Positions 20,256-32,500 of a stretch of DNA of 64,000 nucleotides are shown one piece after another. Under the pieces are notes generated by a model. It searched no databases. It saw only the letters and a list, made by a program, of their open reading frames with translations, and was not told where the DNA came from. This DNA is from Escherichia phage Ptacy1532. Made by a program: the position numbers and the translations under genes. The first letter of the stretch is position 1, and each line of letters starts with the position of its first letter. The stretch lies in the sequence record PQ863255.1. The stretch is one strand, 5' to 3'.

Positions 20256-21308
20256 ATGTCTTTATTTGGAAAATCAGCTTCTAGCAAAACCACAGTGGCT
20301 CCTTCCTCTCAGGTTGATGCCCTGCTGAAGCAGATTGTTGCTAATGCTCAGAATATGCAGAACAACGATCCGGGATTCATTTCCCAACAGCTGGCTGGGT
20401 TTAATGGCAACCAACAGGGTGCTCTGAATAATTTGGCAGCTTCTACAACTCAGAAGCAACTAGCTGATATGTACACGCCTCGTACTCAGCAAGGGTTGGA
20501 CCAACTAAACTCTCTTGCCCAACAGTATCAGGATATCATAAACGGTGGCGGTATAACTGCTGATGGTGTTAATAACTTTAATAAAGGGTTGAATAATTCA
20601 GCTCTTGCTCAAGCCACTAGTAAAGCAGCTTCCAACGTATCTCTCGGGAATGGCTCTGATTCAGGTTCTCTTCGTAGAGCTGCTGCTCAGGGTGCTGCTT
20701 TGAATGGTGCTAATACAAACCTAGCTCGAACTATCAATGGAAAGAATATGGGAATTAATGCCCTTCAACAAGACCAAAACTTCCAGAGAGGATTACTTGG
20801 TGCTCAGTCGGGGTTAGCTGGACAGAATCTTAATCTTGGTGCACAAGGTGTTCAGGCAACCCAACAAGCTATCCAGAATCAACTCTTGGCTGGTAATTTA
20901 CAACAGCGACAAGATCAAGCTCAAGCTGACATTAATTGGCAGAATGCTATTGGCTCTAGGCAGTATGGATGGAATCAGCTTAACAACCAGCTTAATGTAT
21001 TAAACAGTGTAAGCCCAATGGCTGGATATACAATTAAGAATGCCGCTCCGGGTGTTAACACAGGGCAGCAGATTCTTGGTGCTGGTATTACTGGATTAGG
21101 TATTGCAGGTCGTATGGGCGCTTTCTCTCCTAACCAACAGACTCAAAATGCTTGGAGTTCCTATAACAACTCAGGTGGGCAATCTGGAATGGCTGGTCCT
21201 ATGATTGGAGGTTCTAATCTCTCTCAACAGAGAAGTCAGTCTAACTGGTTATCCACAGCAGGTAGTAATATCTTAGGTGGCGTCTTAGGGGCATTCGGAG
21301 CAAACTAA
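20256..21308 (+). CDS. internal virion protein, Gln/Asn/Gly-rich
   Basis: 350 aa low-complexity Q/N/G/A-rich protein; N-terminus MSLFGKSASSKTT similar to next gene. Confidence 0.45.
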   Translation: MSLFGKSASSKTTVAPSSQVDALLKQIVANAQNMQNNDPGFISQQLAGFNGNQQGALNNLAASTTQKQLADMYTPRTQQGLDQLNSLAQQYQDIINGGGITADGVNNFNKGLNNSALAQATSKAASNVSLGNGSDSGSLRRAAAQGAALNGANTNLARTINGKNMGINALQQDQNFQRGLLGAQSGLAGQNLNLGAQGVQATQQAIQNQLLAGNLQQRQDQAQADINWQNAIGSRQYGWNQLNNQLNVLNSVSPMAGYTIKNAAPGVNTGQQILGAGITGLGIAGRMGAFSPNQQTQNAWSSYNNSGGQSGMAGPMIGGSNLSQQRSQSNWLSTAGSNILGGVLGAFGAN

Positions 21309-21320
21309 AGGAGATTTAAT

Positions 21321-22289
21321 ATGGCTTTATTTGGAGGAGGGAATAGTAAAACTACTTCCCAAATGATTCGCCCTGAATACATTCAACAGTATATTGACCA
21401 GCTTAATAAGCAGATTGGTAATACCAGTTCAGGGGATTATGTTTATCGAGACAATGTAGGGTTTAATAACAACCAGACGGAGGCACTTAATAACTTAGCA
21501 CAATCTGGTGCTCTAGGAACTCTCTCACAGCAATATATGGATGCAGCAGGTCAAGGGTTAGGGTATCTGGATAATGCCTATAAAGGTTATCAGAGCCTCT
21601 CTGGACAAGGTGGGATTACTGGAGAGCAGATCGGTGCTCTCGCTGGTCAACTGTATGATGACGATGCTGTGCAAGCAGCTATTACAGCTAATAACGAGCA
21701 GGTTCAACAGAACTTGGCACGTAACGCTCTTCCTCAGTTAGCTCAACAGTTTGCTGGTCAACAAGGCTCAGGTGCTCGTATGGCTAAGTCTTTTGCCCAA
21801 GGTGATGCTCTAAATCAGATGCAAGGCCAAGCAACAGATATTACCAACAGTGCCTATAACTCGGCTATTAGCCAAGCTGAAAGTATTCTCTCTGGTAATA
21901 GACAGAATCAGGCAGCTGCTCTCTCAGGTCTTTCTAATATCGGTTCTAATCTTTCTAACCTAGGCCAGCAGGGTGCTAATTTGTCTCAACAGCAAATAAT
22001 GAATCAATGGAATGCAGGATTGCAGCAACAACAGCAACAACAGAATGAATATGATAATGCCTACCAGAATGCTCAGAACGCAGCTAATTGGGGGTGGCAG
22101 GATATCAACAATCAACTCGGTGCAGCAGGTGTACTTAACGGCGCTCTTGGACAAACTACAACTACTAAAACATCTGGTGGCAAAGGTGGTTTCCTTGGTG
22201 GAGCTATGAGTGGTGCAGCAGCTGGCTCTTCCTTTGGGCCTTGGGGCGCATTAGCGGGGGGTGTAATCGGTGGGTTGGCTAGTACTTAA
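21321..22289 (+). CDS. internal virion protein, Gln/Asn-rich paralog
   Basis: 322 aa; N-terminus MALFGGGNSKTTS parallels upstream gene; poly-Q tract; Gly-rich C-terminus. Confidence 0.45.
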   Translation: MALFGGGNSKTTSQMIRPEYIQQYIDQLNKQIGNTSSGDYVYRDNVGFNNNQTEALNNLAQSGALGTLSQQYMDAAGQGLGYLDNAYKGYQSLSGQGGITGEQIGALAGQLYDDDAVQAAITANNEQVQQNLARNALPQLAQQFAGQQGSGARMAKSFAQGDALNQMQGQATDITNSAYNSAISQAESILSGNRQNQAAALSGLSNIGSNLSNLGQQGANLSQQQIMNQWNAGLQQQQQQQNEYDNAYQNAQNAANWGWQDINNQLGAAGVLNGALGQTTTTKTSGGKGGFLGGAMSGAAAGSSFGPWGALAGGVIGGLAST

Positions 22290-22302
22290 TTAGGAGATAA
22301 AT

Positions 22303-23958
22303 ATGCAACAGACAACTTACGCTCAGGTTAGAAGTCGTGACCCGAGAAATACTTTCTATGGTGTTAATCCGGGAGCGGCTTCGGCCTCTCCTTATATGGC
22401 TAGACCGACTCAGACAGCAGATATTTCTATGTACCAACGTCCTGCTGTACCTTCATCTCTTGCGGGTCTTGTCTCTCAAGCAGAAGAAGATCAGAATGCT
22501 ATGATTAATCCGGGGTTCCAGCAGCGTCTTATGGAACAGCAGAATCAAGGAACCCCTACCAGTCTTCAGGGTATTGATATTGGAGCACCAGCCCCTGTAG
22601 CGGCTAATCCTAACCTATCCACTGATCAAGGTTTACAAGATGCAGGGCTTATGCCTAGTGACCCTCTTCCGGTAACACCTCCTCCTAAACCATTAGAAGA
22701 TGGTCCTATGGAGTTTACTCCTTCTCAGGTGGAACAGGCACAAGGTGTGATTAACACTCTTGCTCAAGGACAAGATACTGGTGATGGGATGGCTGCTGCT
22801 ACTCGTGCTAAAGATCAGGAACGTGTTAACAACGATATCTTGCAAGTTGCGAAAGCTAAAGACCCTTCGGAAGCTTGGAACAAACTACAGAAAGAACCAT
22901 TCTACCAAAACTCCAGTTTCTATACAGGTTTGATGGGTGTAGGTCTTTCCATCATGTCAGGTAAATCTCCTATCGAAGCTTTCCAGATTGGTCAGGGAAT
23001 GGCTAATCAAGATGAGACTAAGAAGCAACTGGAAGCTAACCGTGATGCTCTAATTGAACAAGGTTTCTCTCAAGATTCGATCGCAGCTGCTATTGCTAAC
23101 GGAGATCCTTCTCTGCTGAAGATGAAAGCTGTGGACCCTGCTCAGAAAGAAGCGTTGTATGCTGCTCGTGAAGAACGACAGAATGCTGAATGGGACAGAC
23201 GTCAACAGATTCAAGAGCAGACTATGCGTGAGCGTGCTGAGGAAACTCGTCGATCCGCTGAAGAAAGAGCTAATATGAACTTTGAACGTCAGAAAGAGTT
23301 GATTGGCTATCGTGATAAAGTTAAGGCTGAACGTGCTGAACAGGCTGCTCAGAGTTTTAACTTCAACCCGAAAGAAGTCCGTCTTGCTCAGAATACAGCT
23401 GAAGGTACGGTTGCTAAGCAGTGGGCAGAGAAAGGTGGCTTGTTTAACCAGTCCAATAAAGACTTGGACTTGGCTGATAAAGCTGTTAAGGACAAAGATT
23501 ATCAGACGGCCCGTTCTGCTTACATGCAGGCTATCATGAACTCCGCAAGGGCTGAAATCGGTGCTACTCGTTCTCTTACCGAAGAAGACTTGGGACACTT
23601 TGCAGAAGACCCATCAATCTTCGTTCGTGTTGGTAACAAGTTTTCACTTAAATCTGGATGGCGTCCTACTGATTCTGCTCTTGCTTATGCTCGTAAGCAG
23701 GCTAACGTTGGTCACACCTCTGCAATGAAAGGTGTTGCTGATGCTAAGAGAGCTACGATTGAAGCTTATATCGGTTCTGGTATGGATAAGAAGAGAGCTA
23801 CTGCATTGGTCAACCGTGCAATCCCTTCTGGTGGTTTCTATGACCCTCTAGGTGTTTTCTCTGAACAAGCGGAGGAAGCAGTTGGTGGTGCAGCAACCAA
23901 TCCTAAGCTTAATGGTGCTTTATCGGCTGTAGAAGATACTAGCTGGTTCACGCAATAA
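22303..23958 (+). CDS. internal virion protein (putative)
   Basis: 551-aa ORF with AGGAGA SD in the internal virion protein block. Confidence 0.45.
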   Translation: MQQTTYAQVRSRDPRNTFYGVNPGAASASPYMARPTQTADISMYQRPAVPSSLAGLVSQAEEDQNAMINPGFQQRLMEQQNQGTPTSLQGIDIGAPAPVAANPNLSTDQGLQDAGLMPSDPLPVTPPPKPLEDGPMEFTPSQVEQAQGVINTLAQGQDTGDGMAAATRAKDQERVNNDILQVAKAKDPSEAWNKLQKEPFYQNSSFYTGLMGVGLSIMSGKSPIEAFQIGQGMANQDETKKQLEANRDALIEQGFSQDSIAAAIANGDPSLLKMKAVDPAQKEALYAAREERQNAEWDRRQQIQEQTMRERAEETRRSAEERANMNFERQKELIGYRDKVKAERAEQAAQSFNFNPKEVRLAQNTAEGTVAKQWAEKGGLFNQSNKDLDLADKAVKDKDYQTARSAYMQAIMNSARAEIGATRSLTEEDLGHFAEDPSIFVRVGNKFSLKSGWRPTDSALAYARKQANVGHTSAMKGVADAKRATIEAYIGSGMDKKRATALVNRAIPSGGFYDPLGVFSEQAEEAVGGAATNPKLNGALSAVEDTSWFTQ

Positions 23959-23965
23959 GACCTAA

Positions 23966-24010
23966 GTCCTGCCTTCTATAATGTATATAGGGGGTAGGAC
24001 ATTTTTATTT
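23966..24010 (+). terminator. hairpin followed by T-run, possible terminator/attenuator
   Basis: GTCCTGCC...GGTAGGAC 8-bp stem with G-U wobble and 19-nt loop, then ATTTTTATTT; loop contains the TAATGTATA motif. Confidence 0.3.
23979..23987 (+). promoter_or_regulatory. TAATGTATA motif, candidate phage promoter element
   Basis: Exact 9-mer 38 nt upstream of ATG at 24026. Confidence 0.4.
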
Positions 24011-24025
24011 ATAAAAGGAGACGTT

Positions 24026-27000
24026 ATGGCTAACATTAAACCGTGGGAAGAAGCTTCCAAAGCTCCTGCGTATCTGAATGCCTCTCCGGAGCAACAAGCT
24101 CAAATGAGAGAACAATATAAGGCAGCAGGTGGCTCTATTCCTGAGGAACAACCAGTAGCACAACCACAACAAGAAGAACGTGGTGCTATAGGTGAGTTTG
24201 CTCAAGGTGTGTCAAATGCTCTTCAATCTGGTGGTGCAAATATTGCAGCTAGTGCTGCTAAAGGTATTGGTGGTTTAGTTGAGATTGGTGAGAATCTAGC
24301 TGGAACACAAACTAGTTATGGTAAGCGTATCCAAGAGAACTCTCAGAACCTTCTGAAAGAACGTATGGATAAGATTGAGGATGGGGTTGGTAAAACTGTT
24401 GGTCAGTATGCTGGCGTTGCTGGTGATATTGGTATGACTGTTGCTAATCCATTGGCTGCTGCTGCTATCATCGCAGGTCGTGAGACAGGTCGTGCGTATG
24501 CAGACCAAACACCTGAAGAGGGAGAAGATAAATCTATTCTAGATGCGGCCTTAGTTGGTGGTGCTAACTATGCGGCTCAGAGAATCCTTCCGGGTGCTGT
24601 TGGTACAGCTGAGTCCACACTTGGACGTATCGGTCAGAACGTTGCTAGTAACGCAGTGGCTGGTGCTAAAGGTGGCGCTCTTGTAGGTGCTGCTGAAGCT
24701 CAGAACAAGCATGGAGATGATACAACCTTTGCTAATGTATTAGAGGGTGCTATCGAAGAAGGTGCTATGGGTGCTGCATTTGGTGGTGCAGTTGGTGGGG
24801 TTCATGGTTTGATTAGCCGTCCAGACTCTGCTGTCTTCAAGAATACTCCAGAGTATGCGAAGACTGATATTGCTGCTGATGACGAACTAATTCGCAGTGC
24901 TAAGAATATTGATGAATTGAAAGAAGCCTACTCTAAAGCTGAAACTGCTAACGCTGCTTCTGCTCTGAATCTTCTGGATGAGAATGGATTCCGTATTACA
25001 GATGCTGTTGCTGTAGATTCTCCTGCTGCTCAGCGTATTCTCAATACTGACCAAGCTCGCGCTGAGAAAGCTGCTTCCATTCAGAAAGAACATTCCAACA
25101 TTCCGGGCCTTAACCCTTTAGCTTCTCCTGCTAAGACTCGTGGTAAAGCATTCGCTGATAACGAGCACAACCAGAAGCAGGCTGTTGCTATGAAGGATGC
25201 AATGGCTGATTACACCAAAGACAACACGAAAGCTCTTACAGATGTTCTAGATAATCTAGACCGTGAATTAACATCTCTCCGAGCTTCTGGTGATTTTACT
25301 GGTAGTCCGATTGATATTAAGAATCGTACACAAGCCGACCGTGACTTCATTGATGCTTACAAGACTTTCTACAACGAAGCAAATCGATTCAAAGCTCGTG
25401 ATGGTGAAGACTTTAATAACTTTGTAGAGAAAGCTGCTGAACTACAGAAGATGGCTGATAATGTTTCTCCAGAGATGAAGAAAGCTATTGGTGGGTTGAA
25501 GAAACTGAAAGGTATGCCTGAAGGTTTTAATCCTATCCAAGATGCTTACACTCTGAACAATACAGCTAAGTTCATGAGCAATCAAGATCGTGGTTGGACT
25601 TCCCTGACTGATGATGGATTCCGTGAGGCTTCTTCACCTAGTCTGGTAATGAATACTCTCGGTGCTGCTAAGTATGCTCTGAATCGCTTCTCTTCTCAGC
25701 GTGCTCGCTCTCAACGCGTTAAACAACAAGAGTCTAACAGTGAAGCTATCCGCTCTCTGGCTCGTGGTGATTTGGAAGTTGCTCGTGCTAAGTCTACTGC
25801 TGACGAAGCTCGTGCTAAGATGGAAGAAGAACCAGTTGTTGATGACATTAAATTTAAGACGCAAAATGACGTAGAAACCGAACCGGTTCGGGAGCCTTCT
25901 TCTAGTACTGTGACGGAAGAAAATCTTCCTTCTTCTACTCCTCAAGAAACCCCTCTTACAGCTCGTGATTTAGTTGCGCAAAGACGCGCTATCCGTCAGG
26001 CTGAACAGCGTCGCGCTGAAGAAGAGGCATTGGCTGCTCAAGAAGCTCCGGTCGAACAAGCTCCACAGGCTGAACCTCTCCCTGCTCGTAACCCTTTAGA
26101 GGAACGTCGTGCAATGGAACAGCAACGTGCTCAAGAAGAGGCCGCACAGGCTCCAGAACCCACCGTAGAGGAACCAATAGTCAAAGCTGAGCCATTACCT
26201 GCCCGTGCTCCTAAAGCTCCTAAGGAGGCTGTACAGGACGTTAAACCGGCAAGTGGTGTAGAACGTTTAGCTGCTATGTCTAGTGCTGCTCGTCAGGCTA
26301 CCAAAGATCGTGCAGAACGTTTTGCTCGTTCTCTGTACTCCAAGGCTGCTAAGGCTAAAGCTACTGCTGAAAACTTCTTGGCTTATAAAGGTGATCCTAA
26401 GGAATTGATGCGTCGTATTCGTCAGGAAGATAATGCTATCAACACTGAACGTCATGAAGAAATGGCTCGTAACCAGCTGGCTTCTCAGCAAGGTATTGCT
26501 ACTGCTAAGAACAACACTGTACGAACTAATTTTGCTGAATGGGTTAAAGAGCGTGGTCTGCCAGAAGACATTGCTACTAAGGCATTACGTGCTGAAGAGA
26601 AAGGTTTAGGTGGGAACGTAACTAACTTGGATAGTCTGAAACGTCGTGCTGAAAGGTTGTATCAGAAGCAGCGTGAGGATGAGTTTGATAGACTGTACCA
26701 ACAAGCTCTAGAAGAGAATAAAGCTTTCGATAACAAGAATGCTCCTAAGCTGGCTGACCAGAAGAAAGAGCTTCAGTCTGAGATTGATGCTTTGATTGAT
26801 TCAGAACCTTTACGTCCTGCTCAGAAAGATGCTATGCGTAAGCTGATGAATGATTTTGTAGATGGGAAGTTTAAATCTTCAGAGAAGGCTGGTAGGGAAG
26901 AGGCTTTGGAAGTTGGTCAGATGAAGGATATTTGGGATGGGTTTATTAATACCTATAACAGAGAGGTGAATGCCTTCAACAAAGCTAACAAGAACTCTCA

Positions 27001-28447
27001 GTACGAAGCTGCTGCTAAGCATTTACAGGCTCGTGAAGAACGTCTTGCTACACTCAGGAAAAAGGCTCAGGCTCGTTCGGATGCTAAAGCTGCTGTTGAG
27101 AATGAACGTAAAACTCTAGAGGCTATTGCAGCTCAGAAGAGTGAGATTGAGAAGATGATGGAGGGTTTACCTAAACCTGTTCGTGAGGCTCAGGAATCTC
27201 GTACACTGAAACAGTTGGCTGCTCACCACGATAAGAACTCTCCAGTTCCTCCAGAGAAGTTCCGTAGTTATATTGAACGTATTCACAACGCCGAGTCAGA
27301 TTACCTTGATCGTCAGCGTCGTTTAACTGATGCAGAGGAAGATGCTCGTCAGGCTAAGTGGAATAAGATGTATGAGCAAGCGGAAGAGATGAACCGTAAG
27401 TTTGATGTGGACAAGAGAGTTAAGCGCAGTGAAGAGCTTAAAGCGGCCCAAGAACGTGAGAATGACCTTATGGCAGTACAACGTCAACGTGATGACATTC
27501 ATCGCCGCCTGATGCGTACTATGGAAGATAAGGGCATATCTAGAGAGGATGCTGAAGCGTTTGCTGGTTCCTACATGGATAACCGTTATGCACTTCTCGA
27601 GAAGCCTATGACTCCAACTGAACATCAGAATGCTCGCTCTCGTATTGAAGCTGATGTTGAGAAGTTCGCTAAGAAGTACGAATCAATGACTCCTATCGAG
27701 AAAGAGATTGTTAAGGTTACTGGAGATACTGAAGGTAAGCTTGATAACTTGGATGCGGATACTAGGAAGGCTATTGAGGAGGCTCAGAAGGTTGACTCTG
27801 ATATTAAGAAACTGCAAGAGGAAGAGTTGGAGATGGAGAAGATTCGTTCTGCTCTGCCTGACGATGAAAGATCTCAAGCAAATTCTGATATCTTGGAAAG
27901 CATTAAACAACAGGAAGAGGTCTTTGCTGATAAAGTAGAGAAAGCTTTCTTGAGTGGGAAAAGCTTGGATGAGTTGGTTAGTGTGGCTGAAGTTTTAGAC
28001 AGGGTTCATGGTGCAGATAAGGCTGGTAACAACCGTCGCTTTGTACGTGCATTGCAGACTGCTGCTGAAAACAAGAAGAAGTATGGTGATAATCCGGTAG
28101 CTTGGTTTAGTGCTGATGATTACTCTGCCATTGCTAAACTTGGTGCTTCTTCCGCAGGTGGTAACAAATCTAGAGCACTGGAGAAGATCTTTGGTTCTAC
28201 AGCTGAACAGGCTAAGAGTAAGTTGCTTGGTAGGGATGATGTAGCGAAGATGAGACGTGTGATTGAAGAAAACCCTGATATCAAGATTCCTTCTTACAAG
28301 ACAACGAATCGTACTGAGTACTTGCAGTTCTTGGAGAAGTTTAATGACGAAGGGAAGCCGAAGATTAAACGTGGCTCATTGTCAGAGAAGCTTGAACGCA
28401 GTAAGCGTCAATCGAGACTCCGTGTAAGAGTTCGACCTAAGGAGTGA
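24026..28447 (+). CDS. large internal virion / ejection protein (1473 aa)
   Basis: ORF track 23981..28447; ATG 24026 preferred (AAAGGAG SD); long helical charged protein with internal AEPLPAR repeats; last gene of the plus-strand module. Confidence 0.5.
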   Translation: MANIKPWEEASKAPAYLNASPEQQAQMREQYKAAGGSIPEEQPVAQPQQEERGAIGEFAQGVSNALQSGGANIAASAAKGIGGLVEIGENLAGTQTSYGKRIQENSQNLLKERMDKIEDGVGKTVGQYAGVAGDIGMTVANPLAAAAIIAGRETGRAYADQTPEEGEDKSILDAALVGGANYAAQRILPGAVGTAESTLGRIGQNVASNAVAGAKGGALVGAAEAQNKHGDDTTFANVLEGAIEEGAMGAAFGGAVGGVHGLISRPDSAVFKNTPEYAKTDIAADDELIRSAKNIDELKEAYSKAETANAASALNLLDENGFRITDAVAVDSPAAQRILNTDQARAEKAASIQKEHSNIPGLNPLASPAKTRGKAFADNEHNQKQAVAMKDAMADYTKDNTKALTDVLDNLDRELTSLRASGDFTGSPIDIKNRTQADRDFIDAYKTFYNEANRFKARDGEDFNNFVEKAAELQKMADNVSPEMKKAIGGLKKLKGMPEGFNPIQDAYTLNNTAKFMSNQDRGWTSLTDDGFREASSPSLVMNTLGAAKYALNRFSSQRARSQRVKQQESNSEAIRSLARGDLEVARAKSTADEARAKMEEEPVVDDIKFKTQNDVETEPVREPSSSTVTEENLPSSTPQETPLTARDLVAQRRAIRQAEQRRAEEEALAAQEAPVEQAPQAEPLPARNPLEERRAMEQQRAQEEAAQAPEPTVEEPIVKAEPLPARAPKAPKEAVQDVKPASGVERLAAMSSAARQATKDRAERFARSLYSKAAKAKATAENFLAYKGDPKELMRRIRQEDNAINTERHEEMARNQLASQQGIATAKNNTVRTNFAEWVKERGLPEDIATKALRAEEKGLGGNVTNLDSLKRRAERLYQKQREDEFDRLYQQALEENKAFDNKNAPKLADQKKELQSEIDALIDSEPLRPAQKDAMRKLMNDFVDGKFKSSEKAGREEALEVGQMKDIWDGFINTYNREVNAFNKANKNSQYEAAAKHLQAREERLATLRKKAQARSDAKAAVENERKTLEAIAAQKSEIEKMMEGLPKPVREAQESRTLKQLAAHHDKNSPVPPEKFRSYIERIHNAESDYLDRQRRLTDAEEDARQAKWNKMYEQAEEMNRKFDVDKRVKRSEELKAAQERENDLMAVQRQRDDIHRRLMRTMEDKGISREDAEAFAGSYMDNRYALLEKPMTPTEHQNARSRIEADVEKFAKKYESMTPIEKEIVKVTGDTEGKLDNLDADTRKAIEEAQKVDSDIKKLQEEELEMEKIRSALPDDERSQANSDILESIKQQEEVFADKVEKAFLSGKSLDELVSVAEVLDRVHGADKAGNNRRFVRALQTAAENKKKYGDNPVAWFSADDYSAIAKLGASSAGGNKSRALEKIFGSTAEQAKSKLLGRDDVAKMRRVIEENPDIKIPSYKTTNRTEYLQFLEKFNDEGKPKIKRGSLSEKLERSKRQSRLRVRVRPKE

Positions 28448-28454
28448 TAAAAGA

Positions 28455-28495
28455 AAAGCCCTCAAGGAGAAATCCAAGAGGGCTTTATTTGTTTC
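28455..28495. terminator. bidirectional terminator at convergence of late and early modules
   Basis: Perfect 9-bp stem AAAGCCCTC/GAGGGCTTT with 14-nt loop; T-runs on both strands. Confidence 0.55.
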
Positions 28496-28811
28496 TAAGT
28501 TTTAAAAACCATCAAATTCGTCATACATCCCAATTCTCTTCAGAGGTCTGGATGTTCATCTTCAAAGCACCCTGAGATGCCTCCATAGAACCAATCTGAT
28601 TTACTACCAAGAATAACAACTTCTTCATTCATATAACCCCCCTAGATTGTGTTTATAAAATTAATAAGCTTCTCTTCGCTTTCATCAAAAGCTTTTCCAG
28701 CTGCTTCCATCTCCCAAGTATCGGCATTGTCAATAAAGCTCTGAGCTTCTAATAGATCGTGGATTAAGTCGAAGAGTTTATTTTTATCTGCTTGTGTGAT
28801 CATGTCAGTTC

Positions 28812-29039
28812 CTAGATTAAATCGTAATACTGAATAATGTCAGAGAGTTTGAACTCTCGAATCTCATCTTTCTCTACATCTATCGCTGTCATAATCCAAC
28901 AAGGTTTGCCACCATTATGAAAACGGGAGCTAGCAACGGAGGTTCGGAGTGGAATAACGGACCGGTCAGCAACCTCGCCTCTCCAATTGCGATAGCGAAA
29001 GCGAAGCACTTGTTGCGTAGATTTTTGATCATCACTCAT
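28812..29039 (-). CDS. hypothetical protein
   Basis: ORF track 28812..29180; shortened to internal Met MSDDQK to avoid long overlap with the HNH gene. Confidence 0.35.
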   Translation of the reverse strand: MSDDQKSTQQVLRFRYRNWRGEVADRSVIPLRTSVASSRFHNGGKPCWIMTAIDVEKDEIREFKLSDIIQYYDLI

Positions 29040-29433
29040 TTCCTTTTTTGAATTGTTTTCTTGCATCATTTTCCATCTTAGTTTTAATCTTGTGACAAGG
29101 GTCTTTACACAGAACCTGAAAACCTTCTTTCTCACATAGAGCACGAGAGATGATTTCATCCCAAGTTGCTTCATGGTCAAGAGGAACTATAGGCTCTATG
29201 TGGTCAATAGCCATATCCTTTACAGGGTGGTCAGAACCACATATGGCACACTTAAAGTGCATTGCCAGTCTACCTGTCTTTGGATTAATCTTTTGCTCTG
29301 TCTTGGCGTCTGCTAGTGCATCGAACATGGGCTTCCACTTTCTAGTCAGAGAACGAATCCCTGACTTGATGAAAGAATTATAACGAGCTTCAGTCCACAT
29401 TCCACTACAGCGAGTCTTCTCAGACTTCGCCAT
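29032..29433 (-). CDS. HNH endonuclease
   Basis: 133 aa; Cys/His-rich core with AIDHIEP...CH..K motif characteristic of HNH nucleases. Confidence 0.7.
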   Translation of the reverse strand: MAKSEKTRCSGMWTEARYNSFIKSGIRSLTRKWKPMFDALADAKTEQKINPKTGRLAMHFKCAICGSDHPVKDMAIDHIEPIVPLDHEATWDEIISRALCEKEGFQVLCKDPCHKIKTKMENDARKQFKKGNE

Positions 29434-29612
29434 AATCAGCTTCTTCCCAAACTCGTTTGTTTACACGATGGCTCACTTTACCCTCACGAGGAATACGACC
29501 AGTTCTCTGATCAAACAGTTGATGCTTGATCTTTTGATCTTTACGAGATTCACGATTGGAGGAGTTTTCATCATATGAACGATAATCAAATTTACCCATT
29601 ATAATATCCTTA

Positions 29613-30431
29613 TTACCAAGATTTATCTAACCATGTCCAGTCGAACAGGTCTTCCGGAGTCTGACCAACAAAGAGCAGACGAGCATTCTCAAGCATCTTC
29701 TCTTCATCTTCAGTATCGAACTTCTTATAATATTCCATTCGTACTATATGATACATGGTCCACTTATCTGTAACACCAGCTAGTAATTTAGCTGCTGCCT
29801 TCTTCCCTATGCCTTGACGTCGAAGCTGAAGCTTACCGCCCCACATAACCTCTTTACGTTCCCCACATCCGGGGATATTATCCGTACCGTCTCCAATCAA
29901 CATTTGATAGAAGAAATTTTGCCATGAAACTAAATCGGATACGTAGTGAGGGGGAACCTCTTTTTGCCTTTCTCCACAAGCCCAACGATAATGCCATCCG
30001 GGAGTTATCAACAAATCTTTGTCTCTAGTACAGATGATAGTGTTCTTATCCCTACGTTGCCTTTCAGCTAGTGCATCATCAGCCTCTCTCCCAAATACAT
30101 CTATGTATTCATATTTACCTTTAATATAATCACCAACGTTTTGCCAGTGAAAAGGTCTTTCTCCGGGAGGTCTATTTGCTTTGTAGTCTTGCTGCTTAGC
30201 AACATCGAAACGGAAGTTACCACCTTCGCTGAAGTAGAACACGATCTTGCTACAACCCGATCGAGCTATGATTGTATCAATCTTATACTGAAGTCGTTCA
30301 ATCATGAAATTGTAATCAACTGGAACACGTCCTGTGTCAAGGAAGGGATGCTCCTGAGTAAGAGCACCCACTTCATATCGAAGAACGTCAGCATCCACTA
30401 TAGCTACTTCAGGGAGCTTAACGTCTTCCAT
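29613..30431 (-). CDS. 5'-3' exonuclease / flap endonuclease (T7 gp6-like)
   Basis: 272 aa; acidic metal-binding clusters DKDLLI and LIGDGTDNIPG typical of the 5' nuclease family. Confidence 0.75.
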   Translation of the reverse strand: MEDVKLPEVAIVDADVLRYEVGALTQEHPFLDTGRVPVDYNFMIERLQYKIDTIIARSGCSKIVFYFSEGGNFRFDVAKQQDYKANRPPGERPFHWQNVGDYIKGKYEYIDVFGREADDALAERQRRDKNTIICTRDKDLLITPGWHYRWACGERQKEVPPHYVSDLVSWQNFFYQMLIGDGTDNIPGCGERKEVMWGGKLQLRRQGIGKKAAAKLLAGVTDKWTMYHIVRMEYYKKFDTEDEEKMLENARLLFVGQTPEDLFDWTWLDKSW

Positions 30432-30432
30432 A

Positions 30433-30959
30433 TTATTCTCCTAACAGCTTACGTATTCCATTGCGGAAATTATCGTACTCTTCAGGGTATTCAAACCCAC
30501 ACTCAAGAAGAGCATAGTGAACAACCTTCAACAAATCCTGAACCTTATTCTTATCTTTGTGTCGATAAGCATATTTGATCATATTGGTTTGTTGGAAGTT
30601 CAACTGTGGGTTTGCATGATAAAACTCAACAGGTTGAATGATTTTAGATTCCGGGTTATAGTGTGCACCGCCAACCATAGTGTCTAAAGCTGGACTTCTT
30701 TTGCTGGTTTGTTTAGTTGTGGACTTAAAACTGACCACAGGAACAGAAGAGTAAACTATATACTCTTCCCCTACTGGTGGTTTTATTCTTAGTCCGCGCA
30801 TGGCATATTCAATCTTCGTGTCAGTGGAACCTGAAGCAATCTCTTCAACAGACTTGCGATAGCTGTCAATAACTGCCCGTAGCATAGAGATTGTTTTGGT
30901 CATATCTTTTACTTTCTCATTAAGTACAACAACCTCTGATTCTTTGAAATCAAACAAAT

Positions 30960-30969
<10 letters not shown>
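30433..30969 (-). CDS. hypothetical protein (178 aa)
   Basis: ORF in operon context, overlapping neighbours by a few nt. Confidence 0.45.
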
Positions 30970-32253
<1,284 letters not shown>

Positions 32254-32500
32254 AATGCATCTCTTTATAAACAGTTTCCGTGTTCTTCTTCCAGTTAGAT
32301 AAACCGGTAAGAACTCTCTGAGCAACTTCATCAGCTGCCCTACTTCTTTCAATCTCTAACTCTTGTTGATGCTTTTCTTTATCCAGATTGTTACTGTCTG
32401 TTCTGTACTCATTAAACTTCATGCCACCAAAGAATACAAGAGCTGAAAAGATAACAAATCCTAGATTATCACTTAAAGTGCTTTGCATATTGACTCCAAC

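Noticed and set aside
30141-30578. Plus-strand ORFs inside the minus-strand early region (also 32388..32753, 42537..42962, 52124..52492, 54172..54417 and others)
   Set aside because: Each overlaps a motif-supported minus-strand gene on the opposite strand; no SD sequences; treated as shadow ORFs.
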